Origin: a virus
Taxonomy: Duplodnaviria > Caudoviricetes
Reading direction: 5' to 3' (one strand)
Virus record (IMG/VR): IMGVR_UViG_3300042483_000317
Span: 434 to 64,433 of that record
Length of the DNA: 64,000 bases
Part shown: positions 9,989 through 20,700 of the stretch, in pieces
Layout: each line of letters begins with the position of its first letter
Numbering within the stretch: position 1 is the stretch's first letter
The notes under the pieces: model-generated
Told to the model about the DNA's origin: nothing
The model's input: only the letters and a program-made list of their open reading frames with translations
Database searches by the model: none
Made by a program: the position numbers and the translations under genes

Positions 9989-12900
9989 TAATTACATAAA
10001 ATTTCAAAATTTATTCCAACATTCAATTTAAAATTGATTCCCGTATCATTTACTGAACAAATTGAGCTATAAACCACAACATCAGTATCTGTTAAAATAT
10101 ACTCATAACCATAAAAATCTAAACTATTTAATGCGGGTATTAATGCCGCATCCCATTGGGCTGTTGTTGGTGAACTTAAACCAGTGTTAATATAACCAAT
10201 CCCCGTGAAGAATTGATATTGAACAATTTCAACATCATCTAAACTTAAAACAACATACCAAGTACTTTTTAAATCGTTTTGTACACAATTATTTAAATTG
10301 TAAGGTGGTTGTTGTGATGTTAAATAATTATTTAGTAGATAACCTAACACCGCACTAAACGATTGTAATTGTGGATTGGTCTGCCATGGATAAATAGAAC
10401 ATTGTATTGATTGTACGTAACAATCATATGTAAATAGATTACTAATCATTGAACATGGATTACAAGGTACAGGTATTAATTGACAACCCTCTTGTCTTCT
10501 CCAAACAAATTTTTGTCTATGGAATATTGAATTTTCATATTTAACACCCGTATTCCAAATAGTACTTGCAGGTATCATTTGTTCAACTAATCTTACCCAA
10601 TAATCCCCCATTCCATCTACATACTCAATCATTTTACTATAGTTGAAACTACCATCAGGTACTCCTGCTAAATTTTGAGCATCTAAATATTTCCAATAGA
10701 TTGACTGAAGAGTTGGATATCCCATAGTCTTACCGTCAGTAGAGAATTGTCTATTCCTAACATTAATCATGTTTTTCCAAAATGTTTGGGCAAACTCAAA
10801 GAATGTTTTACGTTTTGGTTGTGGATTTATTTCGGTCCAATCCACTCCACCTCTCATCGGATAATTTGATACCGGATTTGGGTCGCAATATGTTGGTTGA
10901 ACATAATTTAAACCTTCATTTGGTATTGGGAAATTATATTCTCTTGACATTACCCATACATCATATGATAGTCCTTGAGCAGGATTTAAAAATAAATCAG
11001 TATTTTTGGCATTAAGAACTAACGCATCATTAGTTGTATAGTATCTAGCATTATAACCACCATCTAAATTTGAACGTAGTCCAATTTCGGTGTCAACCCA
11101 ACTTTTATTATTATCAATAGTTTGTGTTAGATTATAACCTAAATTCATAAAAGGGAATTGAGCAAATCTACTAAAATACTCTTGTCCATAAGTATATGGG
11201 GTTAAAACTGTTTGATAATTAGGGTTCGCACCTGTAAATACACTATTAGTATAACTTACCTCTTCAGGGGCTCTATGTTTAGGTGTTTGTTCAAACCATC
11301 CACTACCTTTCTCAAAGAAATAATCTTCAGTATTTACCGGAGCTTTAGGAAACCCTAAATCATCCATTGGATATTCATCTTTAGTAATACTAACATCTTG
11401 AATAACGGTTGTCGTAGTAAAACCGCTGTATTCAATATTTCTAATTTTATATGTGTAACCTGCCTCAAGTGTTGGTAATTCTTGAGTATAAGTACCTCCT
11501 GATATTTGAGCGAACTGTGTGTTAAATTGTTCAACATTAATCCTTTGGTCGGCCAAATAAATATATTCATTAAATTCAACCAAAGCATCAGGAGCACCAA
11601 TTAACGCCATTAAAGTTTCAATTGATTTTCTAGTCCCTTTTGATTTGAATAGATACGCAGAATTTAATATTAAATTTCTATAGTATTGATAATTTAATTC
11701 GTCAGGCGTTGTTGCATCTGAAATACCAGGGTATTGAGACCTGTCAGTGTTTGTTTGGCCAAAAACTGAACTTAAAAAATCATCAGTAGACACTGGTGAC
11801 ATGTTTGTTTGCCACCCTAATGTTTGTGATAAATTTTTAAGTAATTGAGATGGTATGTCATCACCCGGGTTATAGTGAACTGAATTCATAAATGCCAACG
11901 CACTTATAAATTTATTAGTTTCGTCAAAACTTCTACCATAAATTTGTAAAACTTTTTCCATCTTTTGACCTAATGTGTCAAATTCTTGGAATGCTCCGGT
12001 AGTTAAAAATCTTGCAATAATATTTGTTTTATACCCATCTAAAGATACACCAATATCATTTAATTGAATTAAATAATTAGTGAATGCGTTTGTGACTATA
12101 TCAAGATTCCACGACCCATATAATGGAAAGGTAACAAACTCTTGAGACGTAAAATAACTTCCGTCTTCAGCATCTCTTGGTACATTAAAATTAGCCGTAT
12201 ATTTTGGTGTTATATCTCTATTTAATAAGAAACTTTCAACCTCATCTAAATCTTCATTAAAAATTCTATTAACTTGATAATCATTTGGTCTAATAACTAA
12301 ATCATCAAATGTAAATGATTGATTTGGGAATGGGTTTCCACTAACAGTTATATTTAAAGTCCCTGACGTTATTGATGTTGTTGGAACAATTGCCGTAACA
12401 TTATAACCATTACCACCATAGTATAAACTATAATAAGCGTATTGGACGGTCATATCTCTAAGCGACGATACTTCAATCTCTTTTAACGCAAGATTTCTTG
12501 TTGAATTAATTGTGAAATCAATTGCGAATGGGTTTCTTAATCTAGAAACATCTAAATCAAAACTAGTCTCATTGTCAATTTGATTATAGGTTATATTTGT
12601 TGCGGTTTCACCTTTAACATAATTTTCCCCCATAATAGTCGCCTCAAGAGCCGCAGGAAATTTAGAAATAATTACCTCAACCGAAGTTGATAGTCTTTTC
12701 ACTAAAGAACCGTATTGGGTAAAATTTGTAATCTGACTTAAATCAAAATTAGGGTAAACTTTAAAGTTATTCTCAAAAATTGCTCTTGATTGAATATTAC
12801 TTTCTAAACCTAAACCTTCTAAACTAATTGGGTCCGAAAACGTTCCGGTATTAAAAGTTCTATTAGTTTTTTCATTAAAGGAAGTCGCAAATTCAAAATT

Positions 12901-13011
12901 ACCCTGCGTCAAACCACCCCCCGTGACTAATTGGAAACCAACTAAATCATCAGAGAATGAACTTGCACCGGATGGACCTTGTGGAGGACATGTAAATTTT
13001 TGTAATGCCAT
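9988..13011 (-). CDS. Baseplate wedge protein (P2 gpI / T4 gp7-like core)
   Basis: [11 protein letters not shown]...[20 protein letters not shown] motif; located in the baseplate cluster. Confidence 0.65.
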   Translation of the reverse strand: MALQKFTCPPQGPSGASSFSDDLVGFQLVTGGGLTQGNFEFATSFNEKTNRTFNTGTFSDPISLEGLGLESNIQSRAIFENNFKVYPNFDLSQITNFTQYGSLVKRLSTSVEVIISKFPAALEATIMGENYVKGETATNITYNQIDNETSFDLDVSRLRNPFAIDFTINSTRNLALKEIEVSSLRDMTVQYAYYSLYYGGNGYNVTAIVPTTSITSGTLNITVSGNPFPNQSFTFDDLVIRPNDYQVNRIFNEDLDEVESFLLNRDITPKYTANFNVPRDAEDGSYFTSQEFVTFPLYGSWNLDIVTNAFTNYLIQLNDIGVSLDGYKTNIIARFLTTGAFQEFDTLGQKMEKVLQIYGRSFDETNKFISALAFMNSVHYNPGDDIPSQLLKNLSQTLGWQTNMSPVSTDDFLSSVFGQTNTDRSQYPGISDATTPDELNYQYYRNLILNSAYLFKSKGTRKSIETLMALIGAPDALVEFNEYIYLADQRINVEQFNTQFAQISGGTYTQELPTLEAGYTYKIRNIEYSGFTTTTVIQDVSITKDEYPMDDLGFPKAPVNTEDYFFEKGSGWFEQTPKHRAPEEVSYTNSVFTGANPNYQTVLTPYTYGQEYFSRFAQFPFMNLGYNLTQTIDNNKSWVDTEIGLRSNLDGGYNARYYTTNDALVLNAKNTDLFLNPAQGLSYDVWVMSREYNFPIPNEGLNYVQPTYCDPNPVSNYPMRGGVDWTEINPQPKRKTFFEFAQTFWKNMINVRNRQFSTDGKTMGYPTLQSIYWKYLDAQNLAGVPDGSFNYSKMIEYVDGMGDYWVRLVEQMIPASTIWNTGVKYENSIFHRQKFVWRRQEGCQLIPVPCNPCSMISNLFTYDCYVQSIQCSIYPWQTNPQLQSFSAVLGYLLNNYLTSQQPPYNLNNCVQNDLKSTWYVVLSLDDVEIVQYQFFTGIGYINTGLSSPTTAQWDAALIPALNSLDFYGYEYILTDTDVVVYSSICSVNDTGINFKLNVGINFEILCN

Positions 13012-13925
13012 TATTCAGTTATGTTTGTAAAGTTTTTACTAAAATCAATATTATCACCTCTATTTTGTCTAACTTCATATAATAACGTATTAAATTGGTC
13101 TCTAATTTCGTATAGGTTATATTGTTGGTAGATGTTATTATTTGTGTCGTAGATTGTGTAGATACCATCATCCATAGATTTAGTTTGATTACCATAAAGA
13201 GCAATAGCCAATGTTGAGAAATCTTGGTCAGCAATTTCAATGTCAAGGGTAATAGGATTAAAGAAGGTATTAGACATTATAATATTTTGATTTGGCTGTC
13301 CAATATATGGTGTTGCATTTGGTTTGTTCGTCGGAGATGAAGACGGAGAAACCGTACAAAAGATTATATTTGTATTATTATCAGTATATCTATATCTTAT
13401 TGCTTTTTGTGATGTGTTTGTTAAATTTTGAACAACCGGTTCACAAAAGAATGAGGATGTTACAATTCTAAAGAAATTAGGTATTTTTGTTCCATCAGAA
13501 TTTAAATACTCAATTCTAAATCCAACTAACCCCTGATTAACAAATTTATTTCTAAATTGACTTGGTACATCATTCAAATCAATTACAATTCCTTTTACGT
13601 TAGGTAATGATGATAACACACCACAATCCAAAATACTCGTTCTAATCTCCGCTGGTCTAATATATAAGGTGTAGATACCTAATTGGTTAAATTGTTCAGC
13701 AGGTAGTCTTAAATTGTATAATCCACCCAATATTTCCACATTAGGGTTTGGGCTTGAACTTGTTTGTTGATTATTAAAATAAGGTCTTAATATTGATACC
13801 GCATCTAATTTTGTTAAAACAAAATTATCTGTTTCATCTCTTGATGGTGTATAATTAAGAATGATGTCCACATCTTCGGGTGATACATCTGCGGGTCTTA
13901 TTGTACCGTATGTTCCTGTTGCCAT
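13011..13925 (-). CDS. Putative virion structural protein
   Basis: 304-aa ORF, TAATG-coupled within the tail operon. Confidence 0.5.
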   Translation of the reverse strand: MATGTYGTIRPADVSPEDVDIILNYTPSRDETDNFVLTKLDAVSILRPYFNNQQTSSSPNPNVEILGGLYNLRLPAEQFNQLGIYTLYIRPAEIRTSILDCGVLSSLPNVKGIVIDLNDVPSQFRNKFVNQGLVGFRIEYLNSDGTKIPNFFRIVTSSFFCEPVVQNLTNTSQKAIRYRYTDNNTNIIFCTVSPSSSPTNKPNATPYIGQPNQNIIMSNTFFNPITLDIEIADQDFSTLAIALYGNQTKSMDDGIYTIYDTNNNIYQQYNLYEIRDQFNTLLYEVRQNRGDNIDFSKNFTNITE

Positions 13926-13934
13926 ATTATTATT

Positions 13935-15170
13935 TTAATCTATTTTTATTATGTTAAAAAATTTGTAACCATATTTTTCAAGGTCACCTAAATTATCTAC
14001 TTCTCCTAATCTTTCCATTGATTCTAACCCGGAAACTTTTCCCCTCTCTATAAATACATTGGATTGAACTTCTGGCTCGTCAATTACATTTAATAATGCT
14101 TCATTTTTTACAATTGGTTCACATACCGTATCTATTGGTGTCACACCACTAACTACAAAGACAGTTGTACCGTCACTAAAATCATAGTAATCAACACCAT
14201 TTATTGTATATCCGGTATATAATTTAGAACCACTTGTTTTTCCACCCCAATATGTACCCACAACTCCTGTTGTCCCTGTTATTTGAACACCTAAATTATA
14301 ATACCCATCATCTAAAGTGGATTTTTTACCATAAACTCTTAAATCAGCCACCGATGATTGAGAATACCCCGTTATTACTAATGGGACTGTTAAATAAGGG
14401 TTAACCCCACTTTTATATGTTTGACAACTAGCATCACCACTATAAATAAAATCATAACAAACAGGTGTTGCTGACCAACTACCACCCATAGGGGTAAAAC
14501 AAGTTGTACCTTTAGGGTCTAATATAGTTGCATTTGTAAATGGTACAGTGACTGTTTTCCTTACCACATTAGAACCCCACGGACTCATACCTGACATACT
14601 AATTGTAAATCCACTAGTAGGACTTGCTTGAGAATATGTGTGTGAATAAAAAGTAGGACTAAAATTTGTTACGGTTTGTTTTGGAGTTCCATCACCCCAA
14701 TCTATTTCATAAGACGAAAATTCTAAATATTTTTTAAACTCAATGTCAGATGTATTATAAAAATTGTAAGTATATGCTGATAAAGTATTAGCCGAAAACA
14801 AAAAGTTAGTCATAACCTCTTGTTGTAATATCATCCCATCAAAAACTGAATAATATCCAACATCTACCGTATTTTCAGTAATTAATATTGGAATAGTTAA
14901 ACCTGTTAATAATGATGTACCTGGTTTGAGTGTAGCCTTTGAAATATTAGAAGTCGCTGTTGTTCCTGTTGCTCCCGTTAATATTTGAGTCATTGATGAA
15001 TATACATAAGCTGACCCATCAATATATTTAGTTACCTCTCTAGTATATATGTCACAACAAAATGGAATCTTCTGTTGGTCAAGATATGGGTCTCCAATAT
15101 AATTAACTTTAAAAACATCCCCATTAATTACTTCAGGAGATATCCTTATACGATATGTGTTTGCACTCAT
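13935..15170 (-). CDS. Putative structural protein with PKD-like domain
   Basis: YEIDWGDG...SHTY motif. Confidence 0.55.
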   Translation of the reverse strand: MSANTYRIRISPEVINGDVFKVNYIGDPYLDQQKIPFCCDIYTREVTKYIDGSAYVYSSMTQILTGATGTTATSNISKATLKPGTSLLTGLTIPILITENTVDVGYYSVFDGMILQQEVMTNFLFSANTLSAYTYNFYNTSDIEFKKYLEFSSYEIDWGDGTPKQTVTNFSPTFYSHTYSQASPTSGFTISMSGMSPWGSNVVRKTVTVPFTNATILDPKGTTCFTPMGGSWSATPVCYDFIYSGDASCQTYKSGVNPYLTVPLVITGYSQSSVADLRVYGKKSTLDDGYYNLGVQITGTTGVVGTYWGGKTSGSKLYTGYTINGVDYYDFSDGTTVFVVSGVTPIDTVCEPIVKNEALLNVIDEPEVQSNVFIERGKVSGLESMERLGEVDNLGDLEKYGYKFFNIIKID

Positions 15171-15970
15171 TATGGATTAATATATTCATACCATTTTATG
15201 GAACTAGTCGTTCCTGCCCTACTACCTGAATCATCCAAGATTTCATAGGTTTTATTAACATAATCTAAATTAACTTTGTAATAGAAATATTTTGAATCAA
15301 ATTGAAAAGCACTTGTTATTGTTGGTGGAATTTGAGGCACTTTCATCATTTTAACATACACACCTAATCTTCCATCAAAAAATTTAGCACTCATATAGAA
15401 AGTTGTTATATTATAAAACTTAATATTTTTCAACCAATAAATAAAAAACCCTTCTTTATCACCAACAAAATCTAATTTGTATGATGGTTTTTTAATTAAA
15501 ACATCCGGTATATATGGTGATAAGTTAACCAACTCTGTAAACCCCTGTTGAACAGGTATAATTATCGTAAAATAATTAGTTTGAGATTTACCATCCATTG
15601 TATCATAAAAATCTAATTTGAAAAACGATTTGGTAAAAGGTTTTTCAAAGTAATAAATCTCTGTTTTAGTAAAACCTTCAGGTAAATAACTAGTCACCCA
15701 ATCATTGTTAGTTGCCGTCGTTACATTTGTAGGATTACCACTATAAAAATGAAAATCATATTTAACATCAGTTTTAGTATCATTATCATATGGTTTATGT
15801 GAAAATCTTAACAATTCAAAATCTTCAGCAATTCCAATTATGTCCTCAATAACGTCTTCCTCATAAAGTTCAATACTATCTTCTTGTCCATACATATCCC
15901 ATTTCAGTTCAATCGGTAAAAGAATGTACTGCTCATCGTTTGGTATCACAAATTTAAATTTATTACTCAC
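15170..15970 (-). CDS. Putative virion structural protein
   Basis: 266-aa ORF overlapping both neighbours in the operon. Confidence 0.5.
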   Translation of the reverse strand: MSNKFKFVIPNDEQYILLPIELKWDMYGQEDSIELYEEDVIEDIIGIAEDFELLRFSHKPYDNDTKTDVKYDFHFYSGNPTNVTTATNNDWVTSYLPEGFTKTEIYYFEKPFTKSFFKLDFYDTMDGKSQTNYFTIIIPVQQGFTELVNLSPYIPDVLIKKPSYKLDFVGDKEGFFIYWLKNIKFYNITTFYMSAKFFDGRLGVYVKMMKVPQIPPTITSAFQFDSKYFYYKVNLDYVNKTYEILDDSGSRAGTTSSIKWYEYINP

Positions 15971-17771
15971 AATCGTCTATTATTGGTTCTGCTGTTATGT
16001 TTTGTTCACTATAATTAGTTCCTTCCGGTATAATTCTAAAAATAATTGTATTATTTGGATAATGAACACCATTTAAAAATGGATAATTAACACCAATATT
16101 ATCAGAATCAATATAACCATATGTGTATAAATCTTTCCATAGAAAAGAATCTTTACTTGATGAGAAATACGCATAATTTGGAACATCAACAACATTTTTT
16201 TTATTACCTTCTTCAATATATGTTGAAAAAGCTCTTATACTCAATCCATGATGAGGTTGATAATAATACCCATAAGGGTTCCCTTTAGACATAGACACTC
16301 CCGATGGTTTTGGTGTACCTATATTAAACACTTCCGGATTATATGTTATTTTATGAAACAATGTTGAAATCACTCTTTCTGTTTGTTCAAAATTATTCCA
16401 CTCACAATAATCACCATCTAAAGTATCACCTTCTTTTAATGGTAAAACATATGTAAAATCAATTTTTTGACCATTTAACTTTACACCCAACGGTGTTTGA
16501 TAAGTTCCTAATGGAAAATTAGTATCGGAGTTTGAGTTACTATCTCTCCACCAAAAAGACGGTAATTTATCTGTGGGGTCTAAAGGTAAATTAAATTCAT
16601 AACCCTTCTTTAAACCATAAAACCCTAATCCCGCACCTTTAGGTCTTCCTAAAGTTAATCCAAAATAACCTTTCCAAATAGTTGTGAAAAATAATTCAGT
16701 TATTGGTCTTTGTAAGTTATCCAATAATGGATTTATTTTAATGTCTTTACTAAAAGATAATGTGTAATTTTGAGAGCCTTCTTTTATTGATACTCTAGCA
16801 ATTCTATTAGGGGTAAACCCACTACTTTCATATTTTTTCTTAATACCAAAAATATTTTGGTCAAACCCTGCGTTAACTAAAACCGCGTCATCAACATTAG
16901 TTAAAATCTTATGTTTTCTAACGTAATATGATGACGTAGTATCGGCAGCATCATCAGGATTAACAACTCTTTTAAACGTACCCTCAACACCATCATCAAA
17001 TGTTAATCCGGTAAAACCAACATTAAAAATATTGAATATATATAAATCACTACCATCAAACCCATCACCTAATGAATACACCTCAAAAGTGTCAATATTA
17101 TTATATGAAAAATTTAATTTAACTGATTCACCCGCAGTTAATCCATGTTTAACAGGACATCTAAACGCAACAATATTTTGACCATTGTTCTCATCATTTT
17201 CAATAACAAATGGTATACCGGCCGATGCTGTCCAAATTAATGTTTGAGTTGTTTTTTTTTCAATCGCCTCTAATTGTTGATTATAAACATTTTCAAAAGG
17301 ATAACTTATAAAATGATTCCAATTATATGTTGATGCACTTTTTGACACAAAATCAATATGATTATTGGGTAGTTGAGTATAACCCGAAACATTATAATCA
17401 CTTCTAATAAAATCAAATTCGTGATATTGGGGAAATCCTGACCACATAATAAGAGGATTAATAGGACAGTTTAATTTTGCCGCAACAATCTCATTTACAT
17501 AATATAAATTATTTTCTAATGGAACATAATTTGTAGAACCAGTATATGAATTACTAAATAATATTGAGAATTTACATGTCGGTCTAAATATGTCAGATTT
17601 TTGTCTTTCATCATCAAATACCTGTTCTAAATTCACATCAATATTTCTATCAAACTCAACATTTAATTGAGCAGTTTGAACTAATGGTACATTAAACATC
17701 AGATTAGTATCTGGTGCCGATTTATACCTTAACGAACCTAAAATTACTCTTGTATCTATTCTATTACCCAT
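15963..17771 (-). CDS. Putative virion structural protein
   Basis: 602-aa ORF in the baseplate operon. Confidence 0.5.
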   Translation of the reverse strand: MGNRIDTRVILGSLRYKSAPDTNLMFNVPLVQTAQLNVEFDRNIDVNLEQVFDDERQKSDIFRPTCKFSILFSNSYTGSTNYVPLENNLYYVNEIVAAKLNCPINPLIMWSGFPQYHEFDFIRSDYNVSGYTQLPNNHIDFVSKSASTYNWNHFISYPFENVYNQQLEAIEKKTTQTLIWTASAGIPFVIENDENNGQNIVAFRCPVKHGLTAGESVKLNFSYNNIDTFEVYSLGDGFDGSDLYIFNIFNVGFTGLTFDDGVEGTFKRVVNPDDAADTTSSYYVRKHKILTNVDDAVLVNAGFDQNIFGIKKKYESSGFTPNRIARVSIKEGSQNYTLSFSKDIKINPLLDNLQRPITELFFTTIWKGYFGLTLGRPKGAGLGFYGLKKGYEFNLPLDPTDKLPSFWWRDSNSNSDTNFPLGTYQTPLGVKLNGQKIDFTYVLPLKEGDTLDGDYCEWNNFEQTERVISTLFHKITYNPEVFNIGTPKPSGVSMSKGNPYGYYYQPHHGLSIRAFSTYIEEGNKKNVVDVPNYAYFSSSKDSFLWKDLYTYGYIDSDNIGVNYPFLNGVHYPNNTIIFRIIPEGTNYSEQNITAEPIIDDCE

Positions 17772-17773
17772 AA

Positions 17774-20700
17774 TTAATTTATAAATGTTGTGGTATCAAT
17801 CCATTTAGTTGTAAACCTATCAAATGCTGAAGCACCTTTCTTTAAACCAAAGTAAAAATAAAATGGTGCCCCTACTGTCACTGTTTGTTCTTTAGGATTA
17901 TTTTTATCCCAATTTGAAATACTTTCATCTATATCTCCATTAGCGTTGACAGCGTATATATAACCTTTATAATATTTATTTTTAGATGAATTAATTGCTG
18001 TACCTCTAAAATATCTTGAAACAGTCTCTATTCTATCCATTGATTGATATTTTGAGGAAAGGAATCCGCCATTATCTATAGGGTCTGTATACCACCCATT
18101 TTTTTCATCACCAAATATTGATTGATAATCAGAAATTTCCCACTGATAAAATGGTACTTGTTGACTAAATACATCAAAATAACTAAACGCACATGTTACA
18201 TTAGCCGGAACATCATCATCAACAATAGTTCTTTTTGGTGTTATAAAATCTCTAGTTTGAGTATCCGAACTAAAGAAAATACCTATAACTGAACTATCTG
18301 AATTAAATCCGTTCCAATAAATAGGATTTTGGATTCCCGGTGGACTATCAGGATAATTTGCCGATTCAAAAGGTGCAACACCAAGTTCTGAATTAATTGA
18401 AATTAATTGAGCATAATCTCCGTCAACTTTATATTTTACTCGTGTAAAATATGCCGTAATATTTGAACCCACCAAAAATTGTAACATTTGGTCAATAAAA
18501 CTTTTATTAATTAATCGACTAATAATTAATAAATTTAATATTTCAGTCACATTACCATATGTTGTTGTCGCCAATCTATTAACCACATAACCATCATATG
18601 CGTCTGACATGACTAATTCTTGTAAATAAGCACTTCTTGGACCTAAATCCATTAAAGTTGTTGGAGTTAATAGATAATTAAAATTATCACCTTGAGCATT
18701 ACTAAAACTAGACGATGATGGCCTATCTTTACCAATAAAAGTACCGTTAGAATCTTTATATGGACTACTTCTATAATAAAAATTATTAGTTGTATGTAAC
18801 ACTAATGTATCTGTACAAAACTCACTATTTGGTTGATTTGGTTGATTTCCAAATGGACTGCTATATGTCACATCATTATGGAATGAATATGCGTATAGAG
18901 TACCATTTATCCAATTATTTGCAAATATATGAGACCATACATTTCTACACGCACCAAGATTAATACTACTTCTAGATATCCATTCAGTTAATAACTGAAA
19001 ATCTTCGAGTAATGATATAAAAACTGTTGTAACAACAATATAACAACCACCTTTAAATATTGTTTCACCTTCAAATTCTTCACATGAACCATGACTAATA
19101 GTCATATTACCTTGACCATCGTCACCATAACATTCTAAAGGTACAGAACCAGCACAACTAAATGAATCAATAATACTACTTGTAAAATTTGTACCTTCAA
19201 CTTTAAAATCTGCCGCACCACCTCCACCACCAGTTGAAGCCGCAGTTGTTGCTGTATCAAGACCAACCAATCCTTCATCAGGAATATCATACATTGCAAA
19301 AGATTCGTTATGTTGTAATGCAAATCCATTACAACAATTCTGTTGTACATTTGTTGATGTTGGTAATCTATCTGACCTCATGACCATTTTTCGACTATTG
19401 GCTCCTGATGTTAAATTATAAGTTAATGTATTACCTGTAGTGTTGTATATTGGCGCGTAATAATTACCATCCCAAGTAAAACCATTATAAGTAGCAGGAG
19501 GATTTACACTAAATACCATGTACATTAATGAACCACCCTCAACTATTTCACCAACATAATACCCTCTATTTAAATTAACATTAGAACCATTACCATTTGA
19601 CGCAGGAAGATAATAACCTCCATATATACAAGCTGGGAAAGGGAAAGACCCGCAAGGAAAATTAATTGGTTGAGCAGAATTATTAGACCATTCTTTAGTA
19701 AAACCATTTTGAGTTATAACTTTTAATCCAAAGGTAGAATTTGATTGAGCCCCATTTGAAACAGGTAGAGGAGCTTCAAGACCATTAGGTGGTGCAGGAC
19801 AGTTTGGTGTATATGTTAACTGAGTATTATCTAATTTAGAATAATAACTGAATAGTGAGGATGTAAACGAGGTAAAACCCGATGCACCAATATTAGGAAA
19901 AAAATCAAACGTATCAAAATATAATTTTTCACCTGAATAGGTATCCGTAGACAAATTACTTGATATATTAGCCATATCATGACTAACATTTTTAAAACTA
20001 CCCTGTATTGGATAATTCATTTTATAATTACCTTCAATAATTAATGATGGGTCAGTACCTAATGTTTTACCAAATAAAATATTTAAATCATATCTAATTT
20101 TCACTCTAGGTACATTAGGGTCAACACCTCTATTTAAGATTAAAACACATTGTTGGTCAGGGTCTTTTAAATAAACCAATGGTTTTTTAAATATTGGAAA
20201 TTGTTGACTACTATCTTTTGTATAAGGACCACCCCATGGACCTGCAGTTAGTCCCGGACCTCCATACCATCTCTGAATAAACATGTCATTATATAAAAAT
20301 CTTTGATTAAGAGAATTTGGTATCATTGTCCCACAATGCCCACTAAATTCTGAATAAGTCATACCGGTTATAACTTGAAAATACTCTAAATCTATTGGAA
20401 ATTTATAGTAATCATTATATCCACCTGTTGTCCCACTAATTTGTGTTGAACCTGTTAACATAACATTATAATTAACAGGTACCGGAGAACCACCAATATT
20501 AGGACTAGCATAATTAAAAGAAACTGAAGTCATTCCTGTAGATGTAAATCCTGTAATAGCTCGATTACCATACGAATTTGTAACACCACTAATTAAATTA
20601 ATATCTTTATTTAATATAGGGTCTTGGAATGTAATTATTTGACCAATAGTTAAACTACTTAAACTACTTTTCTCACATAAAATGACTATAGTATTATCAT